From assembly GCF_009834535.1 (NCBI RefSeq), contig NC_045713.1:21700001-21764000 (forward strand): a DNA stretch of 64,000 nucleotides, written 5' to 3'. The notes beneath the pieces were generated by a model that did not search any database, had not been told where the DNA came from, and saw only the letters and a list, made by a program, of their open reading frames with translations. The first letter of the stretch is position 1; each line of letters opens with the position of its first letter. Below, piece after piece: positions 1-12,960 of this stretch. A program made the translations under genes and the position numbers. The DNA is from Camelus ferus (taxonomy: Eukaryota).

Positions 1-852
1 AAAACCTGGAGAGGATTCCCCATCCTAGATGCTATTAAGAACATTTGTGATTCATGGGAAGAGGTCAAATTATNNNNNNNNNNNNNNNNNNNNNNNNNNN
101 NNNNNNNNNNNNNNNNNNNNNNNNNNNNNNNNNNNNNNNNNNNNNNNNNNNNNNNNNNNNNNNNNNNNNNNNNNNNNNNNNNNNNNNNNNNNNNNNNNNN
201 NNNNNNNNNNNNNNNNNNNNNNNNGCTCTAATCTCATAATAAACCTTTAAGGGACGAGGAGCTTCTTATGGATGAGCAAAGAAAGTGGTTTCTTAAGATG
301 GAATCAACTCCAGTTAAGATGCTGTGAAGATTGTTGATATGGCACAAAAGATTTAGAATATTATATAAACTTAGTTGATTAAGTAGCAGCAGGGTTTCAG
401 AGGACTGATGGCAGCTTTGAAAGAAGTTCTACTATGGGTACAAAGCTGTCAAACAGCACTGCAGGCTACAAAGAATCATTTATGAGAGGAAGTCAATCAC
501 TGTGGTAAATATTGTCTTATTTTAAGAAATTGCCACAGTCCCCTCAACCGTCAGCAACCAGCAGCCTGGTGAGTCGGCAGCCAACAACATCAAGACCCTC
601 CACCAGAGAAAAGATTACAACTTGCTGAAGCCTCAGGTAATAGTTAGCATTTTTTGCAATAAAGCATTTTTAATTAGGGTTGTACGTTTTTTGGACATAC
701 TGCTGTTGCACGCTCAGCAGACTACAGTATAGTGTAACCATAACTTCTAAATGCTCTGGGAAACCAAAACCTTAGTGTGACTCACTTTATGCAATGTTCT
801 GTTTATTGCGGTGGTCTGGAACTGAACCCACAGTATCTCTGAGTTGTGCCTG
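1..852 (+). mobile_element. Tigger1 DNA transposon, 3' portion ending in the right TIR and TA; spans an assembly gap
   Basis: Recognisable Tigger1 sequence (GATGAGCAAAGAAAGTGGTTTCTT, CAGCAACCAGCAGCCTG). Terminal TTTATTGCGGTGGTCTGGAACTGAACCCACAGTATCTCTGAG..CCTG is followed by TA at 853-854. Confidence 0.85.
74..224. other. Assembly gap (N run)
   Basis: 151 consecutive N bases. Confidence 1.
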
Positions 853-1059
853 TAGTTTATGTGCAGATAGTGGACGGTGTTGTTTCTTTTCTTCCTGCCC
901 ACGGCTCTTGTTTCTTGTGCTGGCTTCCAGGTTAAGGCCCCCTATTTCTCTTATGACCTCTTCTCTTTTCTCTAATCTAGAAGTTGTCTCTTTAAGAAAT
1001 CTCATCATAATAAAGCTGGTCTACTGCAAAAACCCTGTGGCTGAAACCACATAAAAATG

Positions 1060-2960
1060 TTGGGGAAAAACAAACTTTGTATCTGAACTCACAACAAAGA
1101 TAATTCAGTGCAAGAAGGGAAACTGAAAGCCAGAGCAGTGCACACGAGGCTGCAGGGAAGAGGCACCTTGTCCTGATGACATGAGGACTCCCAATAAAGG
1201 CCTTTGCATGAAACTAGAACCCTTGCAGGGCCAAAACTAATATTAGAGGACAAAATCAAGAAACACAATCTGGTTCTTTGAAAATATCCGTGAAAGGGAT
1301 AAACCTCTAGTTGCAATGATTAAGCAAAAAGGAGAGAAAACACAATTATAATATCAAGAAGGAAAAAGGGAACATCACTACAGATCCGATAGACACTGAA
1401 AGGATAATAAGAATATTGTAAACAACTTTATTCTAACAAATTTGACATCCTAGTTGAAGTAAAAATTCCACAAAAGATATAAATTACTAAAACTGACAAA
1501 GAAAGAAAACCCAAATAGCTCTGTAACAATGAAAGAAATTGAATTCATAATTTAAAACCTTCTCACAAAGAATACTTCAGACCAAGATGACCTGATTGGT
1601 GAGTTCTAGCCAACACTGAATGAAAAACGGTATCATCCTAAACAAACCTTCAGAAAACAGAGGTGGAGAGAACATACACTACTGATCAGAATATAAAAAG
1701 GTACAACTGCTCTGAAAAACAGTTTGGCATTTCTGAAAACATTAAATATGTACTACCATACAACCCAACCATTCCCCTCCAAGGTATGAAAACACAGAGA
1801 CTAAGCAGTGTTTTTATCAGGTTTATTCATAATAACCAAAGAGCTGAGAACAGCCCAGGAGTCTGCAGCAGGCAAGCAGATGAGCCCACTGTGTTGTATC
1901 CACACAACAAATAATCCTTAGCCATCAGCAGATCAAATTACTGATGGACGTTTAACCTCAAAAACATTGTGCTGAGCTAATCAATTTAGAAACAGAATAC
2001 ATAGCATATGATTCCACTTACACAGAACTCTAGGGAGGAAAAAAGTCTCAACTACAGGGACAGAAAACAGGTCCACGGTGACCTGGGGCTGACTGGGAAG
2101 TGGAACAAGGGAATATTTGGGGGCTGGAAACATTCTGTATCTTAACTGTATGGTAGGTGCCTGGTGTACACATTTGTCAAAAACCATCAAGCTGTACACT
2201 TAAAATAGGTGCATTTTATGTTGTGTAAATGACAACTGACTTCCTGGATAAAGCCCTGATTTGTAGATTTTTTTTTAGTTTCCATGATCTAAATACTCCC
2301 ACCACATCACTCGGCAAAGAATGGGGAAGGGGTGTGCATGGTCGGTCTTACACAGTAGAACAAGCCAGCTGTGGTACACCACCCACCTCAATCTAGTGGG
2401 TTTTGAAAACAAAAGGAAACAAAGAAACCTTGAAATATGAGTACAGCAGGCTAAACTAAGTAAGACTTTTAATGCCAGGTGTTGACAAAGCCATAGAGCA
2501 ATGGAAACACTGGTTAAAAGCATAGGTTGGCGGCATCTACTAAAGCTCACACTGTACATGCCCAGGACCCAGCAGTGCCACAGTAGGGCATCCATGACAG
2601 AAGCATGGACAGATGTCCCCAGGAGACATGCACTGCATGTCACAGCGGCACTGTCATTAAAATCCAAAAACATCCATCAGGAGTGAAGAGACAGACGGGG
2701 TCGTGCACACACATGATGGGACATGACCACACCTGAATACACGCCTCATGATTCCATTCACAATGTGACGCTCACAGCACCGTGAGCGAGCAGGACAGCT
2801 CCGCGGCGCTAAGGGCACGTCATGGGCACACTGGGGGCACTGGGGGGCAGTTACACTGACATTCAGTTTGTGAACATTTTCTGAGCTCACACTCTGTGGA
2901 CTTATGTATGTGTTCCAATTCACAATTGAAATGTTTTAAACAGAAATCTGATTTCATCGT
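1060..2960 (+). mobile_element. Ancient LINE-1 (L1M) fragments: ORF2 remnant plus 3' end pieces
   Basis: A-rich ORF2-like text (GAACATCACTACAGATCC, GAAATTGAATTCATAATTTAAAACCTT) and L1M 3' motifs (ATTCCACTTACACAGAACTCTAG, GCTGTACACTTAAAATAGG). No open frame. Confidence 0.75.
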
Positions 2961-4159
2961 CACATGTCAGACCCTACTTTCTTTCCACTGTTTGTCACAA
3001 GCTGTGTGTCTTCACAAACACGTTTAAGACACTGTTGCGCCCACTGGGCTCCAGATGGGTTTCCCTCTTGCACTGTGACTGTCACTTTCCAGTTGCTGGT
3101 TGCCCACCCCTCACCCACCCCCACCCTGCCACCGCGTGTGGAAGGGTTTTCTGTTCCCGAAGTTTTAAACCTGCTAGGTGAAACTCAAAAGCCACAGACG
3201 CCCCTCCCTCCATCCCAGGAGGTTGGTTCTTTCTGAAGTCAACTTTTGAACCCAGAGGGACCAGAACAAGTTTACAAAGCTGGCAGCCGCCCCAGTGGCC
3301 TACATGTACCTGCAGGGACACCATGTCTTAGGACCAGATGACCCTCTCACCTGCCTTCCTGCCGCGCAGGGTCCATGGTTCCGTTCTTCCCGGGAGACTC
3401 GTCCGAGTCGCCACCCCCGCTGGCTGCGCGGGGCTGCACCTGGGCGCAGGGCTCCGGCGCCAGCCAGCAGCTGCGCTCTGCGGAGGACACACATTTGCAT
3501 CTCAATAACTCTGCTTGGAGCTGAAGGAGCCAGCTGTCGGAGCCTCGGGAGAAACGCGCCTTGTTCCTTTAAGGGGTGGCTCGAGGCGCTTCATCAAGTG
3601 GCCTCCATCTCCCCGCTGGTCTTCACACTTACACAATTCTTCTGGACGAAAAAAACGTGGAGCGCCATTAGCGCGTTATCAGGGGCCACTGTGTGCCCAT
3701 CAATGCCCCTCAGTCCATTGTAGCTGCTGTGCAGCTGCAGGGCTGGCGCTGGGCAAGCCGCCGGCTGGACTGTCCCTGCGTCCAGTCTGTCCGTCCCCAC
3801 CAGGCACTGTGGCCATCCAGCCCTTTCACTATCCCATCCAGTGGAAGTGAACAGCATGTTCAGAGCTCATGAGCTGTCCTGGGGAGGGACAAGCCCCAGC
3901 CAACACCCGCATCCCCAGATCCTCTCCTGACTCGCTGGTGGATCTCATCAACCAAGTGAGGCCTGTACTGTGAGCCCCCGCGTCACTGTACACCGTCCCG
4001 GGCAGGGTGGCTCCCTTATCCCCTGGGTCTAGTGCACAGGTCCGCCTGAAAGGCCTTCCCTGGCCACCCCTGCCCATCCTTCACTGGAAGTCTTGGGATG
4101 GGTACTACCAGTGTTTCCTGCTTCGGTGTCAGCTCCACCAGGGAGGGCCAGCAGGTCAG

Positions 4160-4470
4160 CTGTGGTGGGTTGAATAGTGTCCCCTGAAATTCACATCCTC
4201 CTAGAACCTTAGCACATGACCTTAGAAATAGGGTCTTTGCAGACGTAGTCAGCTAAGAGAAGGGGATGCTGAGTGAGGGTGGGCCTAAAACAATGTCTGG
4301 TGTCCTCACACTAAGAGGAGACACAGAGGCACAGGAGAGACCATGATGACAGAGGCAGAGACGGGTGACGCAGCCCCAACCCAGGGACGCCAGAGCCCCC
4401 AGAAGCTGGATGAGGCGGGAAGGTTCTTCCCCTGGGAGCTCAGACGTCCGGGCTAACTGTGAGATGGGAC
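4160..4470 (+). mobile_element. MLT1 (MaLR) solo LTR
   Basis: Starts TGTGGTGGGTTGAATAGTGTCCCC; contains GAAATAGGGTCTTTGCAGA and AGAAGCTGGA motifs. Confidence 0.8.
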
Positions 4471-7379
4471 ATTCCTGGTGTTCCAGACCCACCCCCAGGT
4501 TATGGTCCTGTGCTTTGGGTACCCTGGAGACCCACACACCCTGCAGAAGCGGAGGCAGCACCTCTAGACCCAGGAGAGCCATGCAGAGCATGTGACCCAG
4601 GGTGGCCCCCATGGCCGCCATCCTCACCAACCTGGGGGCACAGGTGGGCAGGTGCCTCCAGGGACAGTGACCCCACCAAAGGTCAGGGGTGAGGGGCAGC
4701 GAGACTACTGGTTCTGCTCTGGGGGCCGGTCCCGCCCCACCAGCTCATGCAGTGCCCCCTCCCAAGCACTGGGCCCTTGACCCCACCTGCCCCCGAAAGT
4801 CCTTCACACTCAGCCAGGAGTCACCCCAGACTCCTTGCCCCCCTGCCCAGGTAGCACACTGCCCTAGATACAGGCGACTTTGGGTATGCATCCCTAGGAG
4901 GATGGGGTGCTAGGTGTTCTTGGGGGGACAACTGGGGAGGGCAGGGGCCCCAGGCCCCCAGTGCCTTGCTGCCCCCGCCCAGGGCAGGTCTAGAAGGAAA
5001 GACACCCTTCCGCAGATTCATCCTCAAATTCCTCCCCCAGGTGGCCATGCCAGGAGGTACCAGCAGGCCTGCAGCCCAGGGTCAGGCTCTTGGAGCTCCT
5101 GCACCCGGTGCAGAGAGAAGGGGCTTCCATCGCTGGCAGGTCCAGGCAGGAAGACACTGGAACTGACATAACAGGCACCATGGAACCACAGGCCCTTCCC
5201 AGGAGGCATGACCAGAAGGATGGGTCAGGGATAGACCAAGAGGCTGCCACTCTGGGAGGGGAAGAGCCCCCTGCCTGGGAGGGGACCCGCCCCATCTCTC
5301 TTTCTTTCCCATAAGGGCACCAACCTTGTCTGACACCCTCTCAGGGGGAGCTGGATGGACCAACCCCTTGAGGAGCTGAGGACATGGGTCACCTGGTCCC
5401 TTACCTGCCACCCTTGGGGCCAGGTGAGCTTGGGGGTTCAGAGGGAATCAGGACCTGGGCAGCCCAGGCATCAGCATCAACACTCGGGGTTTCTGCAGGG
5501 ACCCGGGGGAAGCAGAGACGCAGGGCAGGCTAGAGCACGGCGTGTTCTTGCCAAATGTCTGAGGAATGGTTTCCAAGAGTGTTTGGGGTTTGGAATTGCA
5601 GTTCAGGGCTGCAGGCAGCATCCTGTCATGGACTTTCCTGGGGAAGAGAGACCCCTCCCTAGGAGAGAAAGAGGAGCCAGTGGAATCCTGGAGGCTGGTG
5701 GGGCCCCACACTCACGTGTCCACACCCATGAACAGGCGTGAACACAGGCATAGCCATGTACACATGGATGTGCACACAGGCACATGTGTTCATCTTAAGT
5801 ATGCAGTTGTGTGTATGACTTGTTATACTAATAACAGTTTCATAAATTGTGTGAATAGCTAAATATTCTGGAAATAGGACCTGACCTTCTGCCCTGGGGG
5901 CCATAGTAGAGGCAGCCACACCAGCCTGTCCCACACACTGGCAAGGGTGTTTGCCCCACTGGCAGCCTCCAAGCAGCTGGAAACAAGCTCTGGTGAGCTC
6001 AGAACACCCAGGTTCAGAAGCCTCTTCCAAAGGAAGGTCCAACATCCCAGGGGTGGGGGTGCCCTCCACTGTCTGACACCCACACCTGCAGTCCTGTCAA
6101 CTCGTTCCTACGCTGTCCGACAGCACAGTGTCCACCAGCCCCTCTCTGGAGCCAGGGTGGCACCAGGAGGACCCCGTCTGGCTGCAGGACCCCTGGGCTT
6201 CTGCCCACAGCTGTGGTGGGTCCTGTAAGAGCCCCCAGCCTGGCCTGGGGCTGCAATGACCAGCCCATCCAGAGCAGCTGTGGCAGCCATGCGCCCAGGC
6301 ATCAGCCCCCACTGCCCACAGCCCACCGGCTCCTTCCACATGTGCTGGTGTCATGAGGTCTTGGCTGGTGGGACACAGTTATCAAGGGTACTCCCCTCTA
6401 TCGCCCCCGAGTGCTGGGGCAGGAACGGCGGCAAAGCCCAGAGGGGCCTCCAAGGGAGACAGAAGCTCTAGAGGTCACAAGATGGGTCTGCCCGCTGATA
6501 CCACCAAGACACATCACCTCATTCCTCTCCTTCTTCCGTCCCAGGGCTGGCAGAGGATGTCCTGGAGGGGCTCTGTGCCTTCCTGAGTCAGCTCCACCTG
6601 CCCCCAGCCTGGTCATGCCTTAAAGGCCAGGGGGCAGAGCTGACCAGAGAGGAGGGGACGGCCCCTGAGACCACAGGCACCTCGAAAAGGAAGACGCTGG
6701 GATCCCTGGACTCTGTGGAATCCCTGGGGCAGGTTGGTGGGGAGGTGGCAGCCGCTGCGGCGAGGGCTGAGAGGGACAAGGCCCCACCCCGGGCGGGGAG
6801 CAGCTGGCCGTCACCATCAAGGCCCAGACACCACAGTTGCGTAGACAGATCAGCAAGCTCAGTCACTGCGCCCAAAACTCCCATCTGCACCCCACTGCTG
6901 GCAAGCCCAGAGGCAGGCAGTGTCCACTTTCAGCCGGACACCCATGGATGGGTCCCTAAACAAGGCAGGGGCATGAGCCCAGGTCCCTGCGAGCAGCATG
7001 AGGTGCAGAGGTCCCATTCCTTCCCAGAGAGGTGCCCAGGGCCAGCACTGAGCTCCCCACCAGCCCACAAGAAAGGAATCCACGGGCACCTCACAGGTAG
7101 GGGCCAGAAGCTGAGGGACTCTGTGGAAAGACTCGCCAGCCCTAATGGTCCTGCAGTCCCAGCCTCTGAGCTGAAACCTCGGCTCAGAGAGCTGCCAGCT
7201 CAGCCTTCTCAGGGCCTGCAGTTCCAAATCGGGGCCAGGAAGGGAAGGCACCCCTGCTCCAGTACCAGCCAGGCAAACCACGCACAGAGGGCCACACCAA
7301 AGAACTGCCCACAGGGCTGGGCGGTGGGAGCGCCGCTGCCAGGGGCCCATCAGAGAGGGCTCAGGAGTGGACCCCGAGA

Positions 7380-7765
7380 TGCGTCCACAACCTAACTCCC
7401 AGAACCTGTGGATGTCACCTCACTTGGAAAAAGAGTCTTTGTGGTTGTGATTAAATTAAGGATCTTGAGGTGAGATCATCCGACCTACCAGGATAGATCC
7501 CAAATCCAATGACAGTGTCCTCACAGGAGACAGAAGAGGAGAGACACAGAGGAGAAGCCATGAAGAACAAGACAGAGACTAGAGGGAGGCAGCCAAAGTC
7601 CAGGGGCGCCTTGGGCCCCGGAAGCTGGGAGAGGCAGGAAGGACCCTCCCCTGCAGTATCTGGAGAGAGCTTAGCCCTGGGACACCTTGATCTCAGACTT
7701 CTGGCCTCCAGACTGTGAGAGGATAAGGGTCTGCTGTTCAAGCCACCAGGTTTTGGTGATTTAAC
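7380..7765 (+). mobile_element. MLT1 (MaLR) solo LTR
   Basis: TAAATTAAGGATCTTGAGGTGAGATCATCC; ACCTTGATCTCAGACTTCTGGCCTCCAGACTGTGAG. Confidence 0.85.
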
Positions 7766-7919
7766 ACTAACCTACCCACCACCCGCCTTAGTGACAGTGT
7801 GATGGGGTGGCCCCACCTCCTCTGACTTCTCTGGGCAGCCCTTAGGGTACAGCAGACCTTCACAGCTCAAGACTCACCTTGGCCCCGGCTTTACTGGACA
7901 TACCCAAAGTAAGAAGCAG

Positions 7920-8530
7920 AAGTGCTTCTCCTTTGATAACTCAGATGAAATGGACCAACTCCCACCAAAACACAGTCAAATTCGCCCAAGATGTAATATA
8001 CTAAATAGCCCTGTAACTGTTAAAGACATCAAATCTGCAGTTAAAAATACGAAAGAGAACTGTCCAGGCCCAGGCAGTTTTTCTGGTGATTCTACCAAAC
8101 ATTAAAGAAGAAATAACACCAATTCTCTCTGATCTCTTCCAGAAAACAGAAAAGGAGGGACCACTTCCCAGTTCATGTTACCAGGCCAGCAGGTCCCAGA
8201 AACAAACACCAGAAAGGACAAACAAGAAAATCACAGATCAACATCCCTCGTGAAATAGGAAATGAACTGCCCAGGAACGCAAGGCTGCTTCAAAAATTGA
8301 AAATCAGTTAAAAGGCCAAATAAGAAAAACCACATAATCATATCAATAGACACAGGAAAAAAATTAGACAAAATTCAGTATCTATTCGTGATTAAAAAAT
8401 AACAACTTCTCAGCAAATTAGGATGAGAACTTTCTGAGCCTGAGGAAGGACGTCTACACACCCACAGCTGCTTAGTGGGAAAGGCTGGTGCTTCCCCTAA
8501 AAGATCAGAACATCGGCCTGTCAGTGTCAT
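7920..8530 (+). mobile_element. LINE-1 ORF2 fragment
   Basis: CCAGGCCCAGGCAGTTTTTCTGGTGATTCTACCAAACATTAAAGAAGAAATAACACCAATTCT; RT-region similarity, degenerate. Confidence 0.75.
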
Positions 8531-10369
8531 CCTGGAGGCCAACAGAGAAAGCCGTTCCAGAGCCACCCTGGGGTTGGTGGGGGACCCTGGCAGTTTCCTC
8601 CGGAGTGGCCCTCAGGGCTGGCATGTGACCCGCCAAACTCACCAGACCACATCTTCACACTAAGCAATCACACCTTGGTTTTAGGAGCAAAAAGAACAGG
8701 AGCAGGGCCCCCAGGCTGTGGTCCTCTATGGGCCTCAGTTTCCTCATCAGCACACGAGGGTACGGCCCAGGTGACCTCTATGGCTCTGAGGGTCCCAACC
8801 CTCACTCTTAACACACCTGCAAAGACCCCATTTCCAAACAGGGCCACCTTCACAGGTTCTAAAGACACATCTTTGAGGGGCACCACTCAGCCCACCATAA
8901 CCTGTGACCCCAAGGGCTCCACGAAGCTGAGGCCTCACATACTCACACACAGGACAGTGGCCCCGAGAGCCCACCCTCAAGCCAATTCCCACAACCCTGC
9001 TCCCCTCTTACACCCGCTCAGGGCCCACCCTCACACTCACACTGCTCAGCAGGGAGGGGGCCCCTGACCTCTGACCTTTCCCCAGGTCTAGTGCTGAGCT
9101 GTGCCTGGGCCCAGGGTGGGCCTGCAGATGCCACACAGATAGGAGTGTCCTGGTCTCATTCACACAGGGCAAGAAGAAACCCACCTTCTTCTGGGCTGTT
9201 TCCCTGGCCATGGCTCAAACACCTCTCCTGATGACACTGGGGCGCTGCTCATGGCAACAATGACCCATGTCTCCTGGTCTCTGTCCTGCAGGAAGGTGAC
9301 CAGGGCCAACCAGACAGTTGCTGTGCAGCCACCACTGGGATGGGCCGGCTCTGGCCCTGCAGGCATCCCCAGGGGATGAACCCTTGCTGCTTCACCTGGG
9401 CCGCCCTCTGGTGACCCTCTGGAGACCCTCCCTCTCCAGTTCTTACATGTAACCGGCCCGCTCAGAGTCTGCTTGTGCCCGCGACCCCACTCCAACAGCC
9501 TCATAACTGAGGAGACCCCAGACACAGCCAGGCCCTCCGCCCAGGCACCTCACGGCCACCTCCTGACCCCTAGGCTGCTTCCCTCCAACTCTGTCCCAAC
9601 ACTTTCCCAACAGCCACCTCCAGCCACTGCTACCGCCCCACCAAAAGCATGTCCCCCACCACAGCTTCAGCTGCTGGGCCTGAGGCCCCTAGTCCCCCAG
9701 CCACCCCACTCACTGGCCCCCACCTCCTTGTGGCCCCAAGTACACCGCTCTCCAGCCCGCTGCTCACACTGACCTCCCCGGGGGACCATCCTGACACCCC
9801 GTCAGTGCAGTGAATTAACCCTGACGCAGTCCCATGAACATACCCACCAGTCCACTTGATCTCTCCTCGCTCAGGAGATGCTGACGTGCCCTTAGGAACG
9901 GGCGCGTGAAACGCACGCTCATGCACAAAGCCAAGGCCACTACCTGTGGACCATCGTACTCAGGCGTCCGCCTCGAACCACTCACCTCTCTGCTCAGGTC
10001 GAGGAGCACACTCGGGTGAGAAGCGCGGGGAAGGGCGTGGCCCGGGGGATGGAGCCCTGCCGACCACAGCCCAGGCCCAAGGGCCCCTCCTGGAGACCCA
10101 GCCTGTCGTGACCACGCCCCAAGAGTGGGCGGGGCCTGAAACAGGACGTGGTGACGCTCCTTAAAGACGTCACGCTGTCCACCTGAGCCTGCTTGAGAAG
10201 CCCACACAGCCTCAGGCAACCCTGAGTTCCAGGTGAGCAGAGACCCCAGCTAGGTGGGCGGGGCTTCCTACCTAGAGAGCTGAGAGATGATGGTAACCAG
10301 GTATGGCTTAAGAGGCCAAGCTGTGGAAATTTGTTACACAGCCACAGAAATCTAACAGTCACAAAGGAG

Positions 10370-12260
10370 GCACTCAGCAATATTTCTATGAACTAGAAAT
10401 ATTACAAAACCGATCACAATACAGTAAGACCACAAGTTATTAACAGTGTCAAAAAACAGAGAGAAAAAAGACCCTCATGTGGAAATTTTTTTAACCTATT
10501 AACTCTTGGATGAGTGGGGAAATACAACTAAAATTACAGAACTTCTAAAAACTGACATGAAAACACTACTATTCAGAATCTATGAAATACATTTAAGGCA
10601 CTGATCACAGGAAAATTAATAGTATCAAATATTTTTATACAAAAAGATGAAAAATTAAATTCCCAACCCCAAAAAGCTTAGAAAAAGAACCAAGTAAATC
10701 AGTGAAGAACATAAGGACATAATAAAAATGAGGATAGGCATTATGAGGTAAAGAACAGAAAAACAATGGTCCTGATTAGTAAACCAAAATCCTGATTTTT
10801 AAATTAACAGAATAGGTCGTGCATTAGTCAACTTAATTGTGAAAAGAGAAAGCCAAATATACAAAATACATAAGGGGAAATAACCATGAAAACAAAACAA
10901 ATCATAAAACAGGCTACTTTGCATCAGTCTCTACAAACACATTTGAAAACCTAGATGAAACAGATAATTTCATAGAGAAATACAGTCCCCAAACTGGCCC
11001 TATCAGAGATGGAAAACTTAGACCTATTTTCATGGAAGAAATAGTTACCAGGAACAACCCCGTCCTCCCCCCAAAAAGCAACAGCCCTAGATAATTTCAC
11101 AGATAACTTCTACCAAATCTTTAAGGACCAGATGGTCTCAAAGCTTTACAAATTATCCCACAGCATTGAAAATGCTTTTATATTCTCTTTCTAATGCAAG
11201 AAGAACATTGATAACCTAACCATGATAGAGACAGTAGGAAAGAAAACATTCACTAGTCAATATCAATTATGAATACTGATGCAAAAGCACTAACCAAAAA
11301 CATTGGCCAATAGAATACAACCCCATGTAAGGAAAATAATACACCACAACGAAGGGGAATTTATCCCAAGACTTCAAATTTGCCTCACTATCAGAAATTC
11401 CACACATAAAATTCACTATACTGATAGATTCCAGGAGAAAAACCACATGATTCCCTCTGTAGGTACAAAAAAGCCCTGACAAAATTTAATACCCATTCCC
11501 GATAAAAAAAAAAAAAAAAAAAAAAACTGTAAGGAAAACAGGAACTGATTGATATTTTCTTAACAAAATAAAATATTTATGCCTTTTCCTAAATTCATCA
11601 CCCCCCTAAAAAAGATGCTAGTGCCAACATTGTACCGAGGCATTAGCCACTGCAATCAGATAAGAAAAATTCGTGAAGATCATTAAAAAAAAGTGAAAAG
11701 AAAAGAAACTGTCTCTATTTGCAGAGGCTATGATTGTATACCTGGAAAAGCCTGGAACAATGAATGCTGTGCAGTTAAACTTTCTGTGATGATGGAATGC
11801 TCTGTACCCTCCGTGTCTGATACAGGACACCCCCACCACAGGCGGCTACTGAAATTTGAAATGGGGCTCCTGTGACTGAGGAACCAATATTTGGTTTCAC
11901 TTCATTTTATTTTATGTGCACGTAAACTTCCCAGCCACACATGACCATCACATTGGACAGGAGGCTCGGCCCTAGAAAATCAATGGGGAAAACGGACTCA
12001 AACAATAGGTGAGCGCAGCGAGGCATGAAATTAACACACAGAAATCCAGAGCTTCGTGTCCACACAAAATAACCAGCGGTGAAAGTGCAGAAACCCCCAT
12101 CAACATCAGAAACCAAGAAGATGAAATACTTCGGAATAAACCTAAAAAGTGTGCAAAAGTCATCATTGGGACAATAAAAGAAACAGTACAAATTGCAGAT
12201 TTGAGAACATGTAGTACTGCATCAAGGTTAATATTTCAAGTTTGACCTGTGCCACTGTCA
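10370..12260 (+). mobile_element. LINE-1 ORF2 fragments with a nested MER3-like hAT element (~11760-11960) and an expanded A23 run (11504-11526)
   Basis: ORF2-like text (GAAAACCTAGATGAAACAGAT, GAAAAAACCACATGAT, GTCTCTATTTGCAG.GGCTATGATTGTATACCTGGAAAA). The MER3-like insert reads AACTTTCTGTGATGATGGAATGCTCTGTA. Confidence 0.75.
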
Positions 12261-12579
12261 CAGGAGAACGAAGGTCCCGTGTTTAGGAAACACACCCCTG
12301 GAATATTTAGTGTAGGGGCACCTTAATGCAACTTAGCCCCTGAGGACAAAGCAAACACGGGAAATGTTGACCTTTGGCTGATCTGGGAGAAAGGAATGCA
12401 GGATTCACTGTACCGCTTTTACAACTTTTCTCTAAATGTGAGATTATTTCACAACGAAAAGTTAAAGAACTGAATTACAAATGCTCACGCTCCAAAACCC
12501 AGCACTTCCTTGCAGGAACTGAGTTCACTCTTGTGCCTGTGAGCTCAGCTTCTACAAAGATGTTCTCTGTTGTTTCCAT

Positions 12580-12960
12580 CCTTTTGTCCCCCAAAAAAGA
12601 TGCTGACACCCTGACCCCCAGCATCTCAGAATGTGACCTTGTCTGGAAATAGGGTCTTTGCAGATGTAATTAGTTAAGAAGGGGTCCCACTGGAGCAGGG
12701 TGGCCCTAATCCACTAAAACTGGTGTCCTTATAGGAGGAAGAAGAGACACACAGACAGAGCCATGTGAAGACGAGACAGACGGTGATGAATCTGCAGATC
12801 AGGAACCCCAGGGGTTGCCGGCAGCGCCAGAAGCTGGAAGAGGCAGGAGGAGCCTCCGCTGGAGCCTCAGAGAGAGCGGCCTGGTCTCAGCCCCCAGGCG
12901 TGAGGGGACGTGCTTCTGTGGTTTGAGCCCAAGCCTGTGGTGCTTTGTTAGGCAGCCCTG
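12580..12960 (+). mobile_element. MLT1 (MaLR) solo LTR
   Basis: GAATGTGACCTTGTCTGGAAATAGGGTCTTTGCAGATGTAATTAGTTAAG; ends GTGGTGCTTTGTTAGGCAGCCC. Confidence 0.85.

Noticed and set aside
6715-7395. 226-aa ORF, and similar ones at 29342-30037, 47775-48473, 52040-52714 and 25091-25495
   Set aside because: No recognisable family and no exon chain; such lengths are expected by chance at this GC content or run into repeats.
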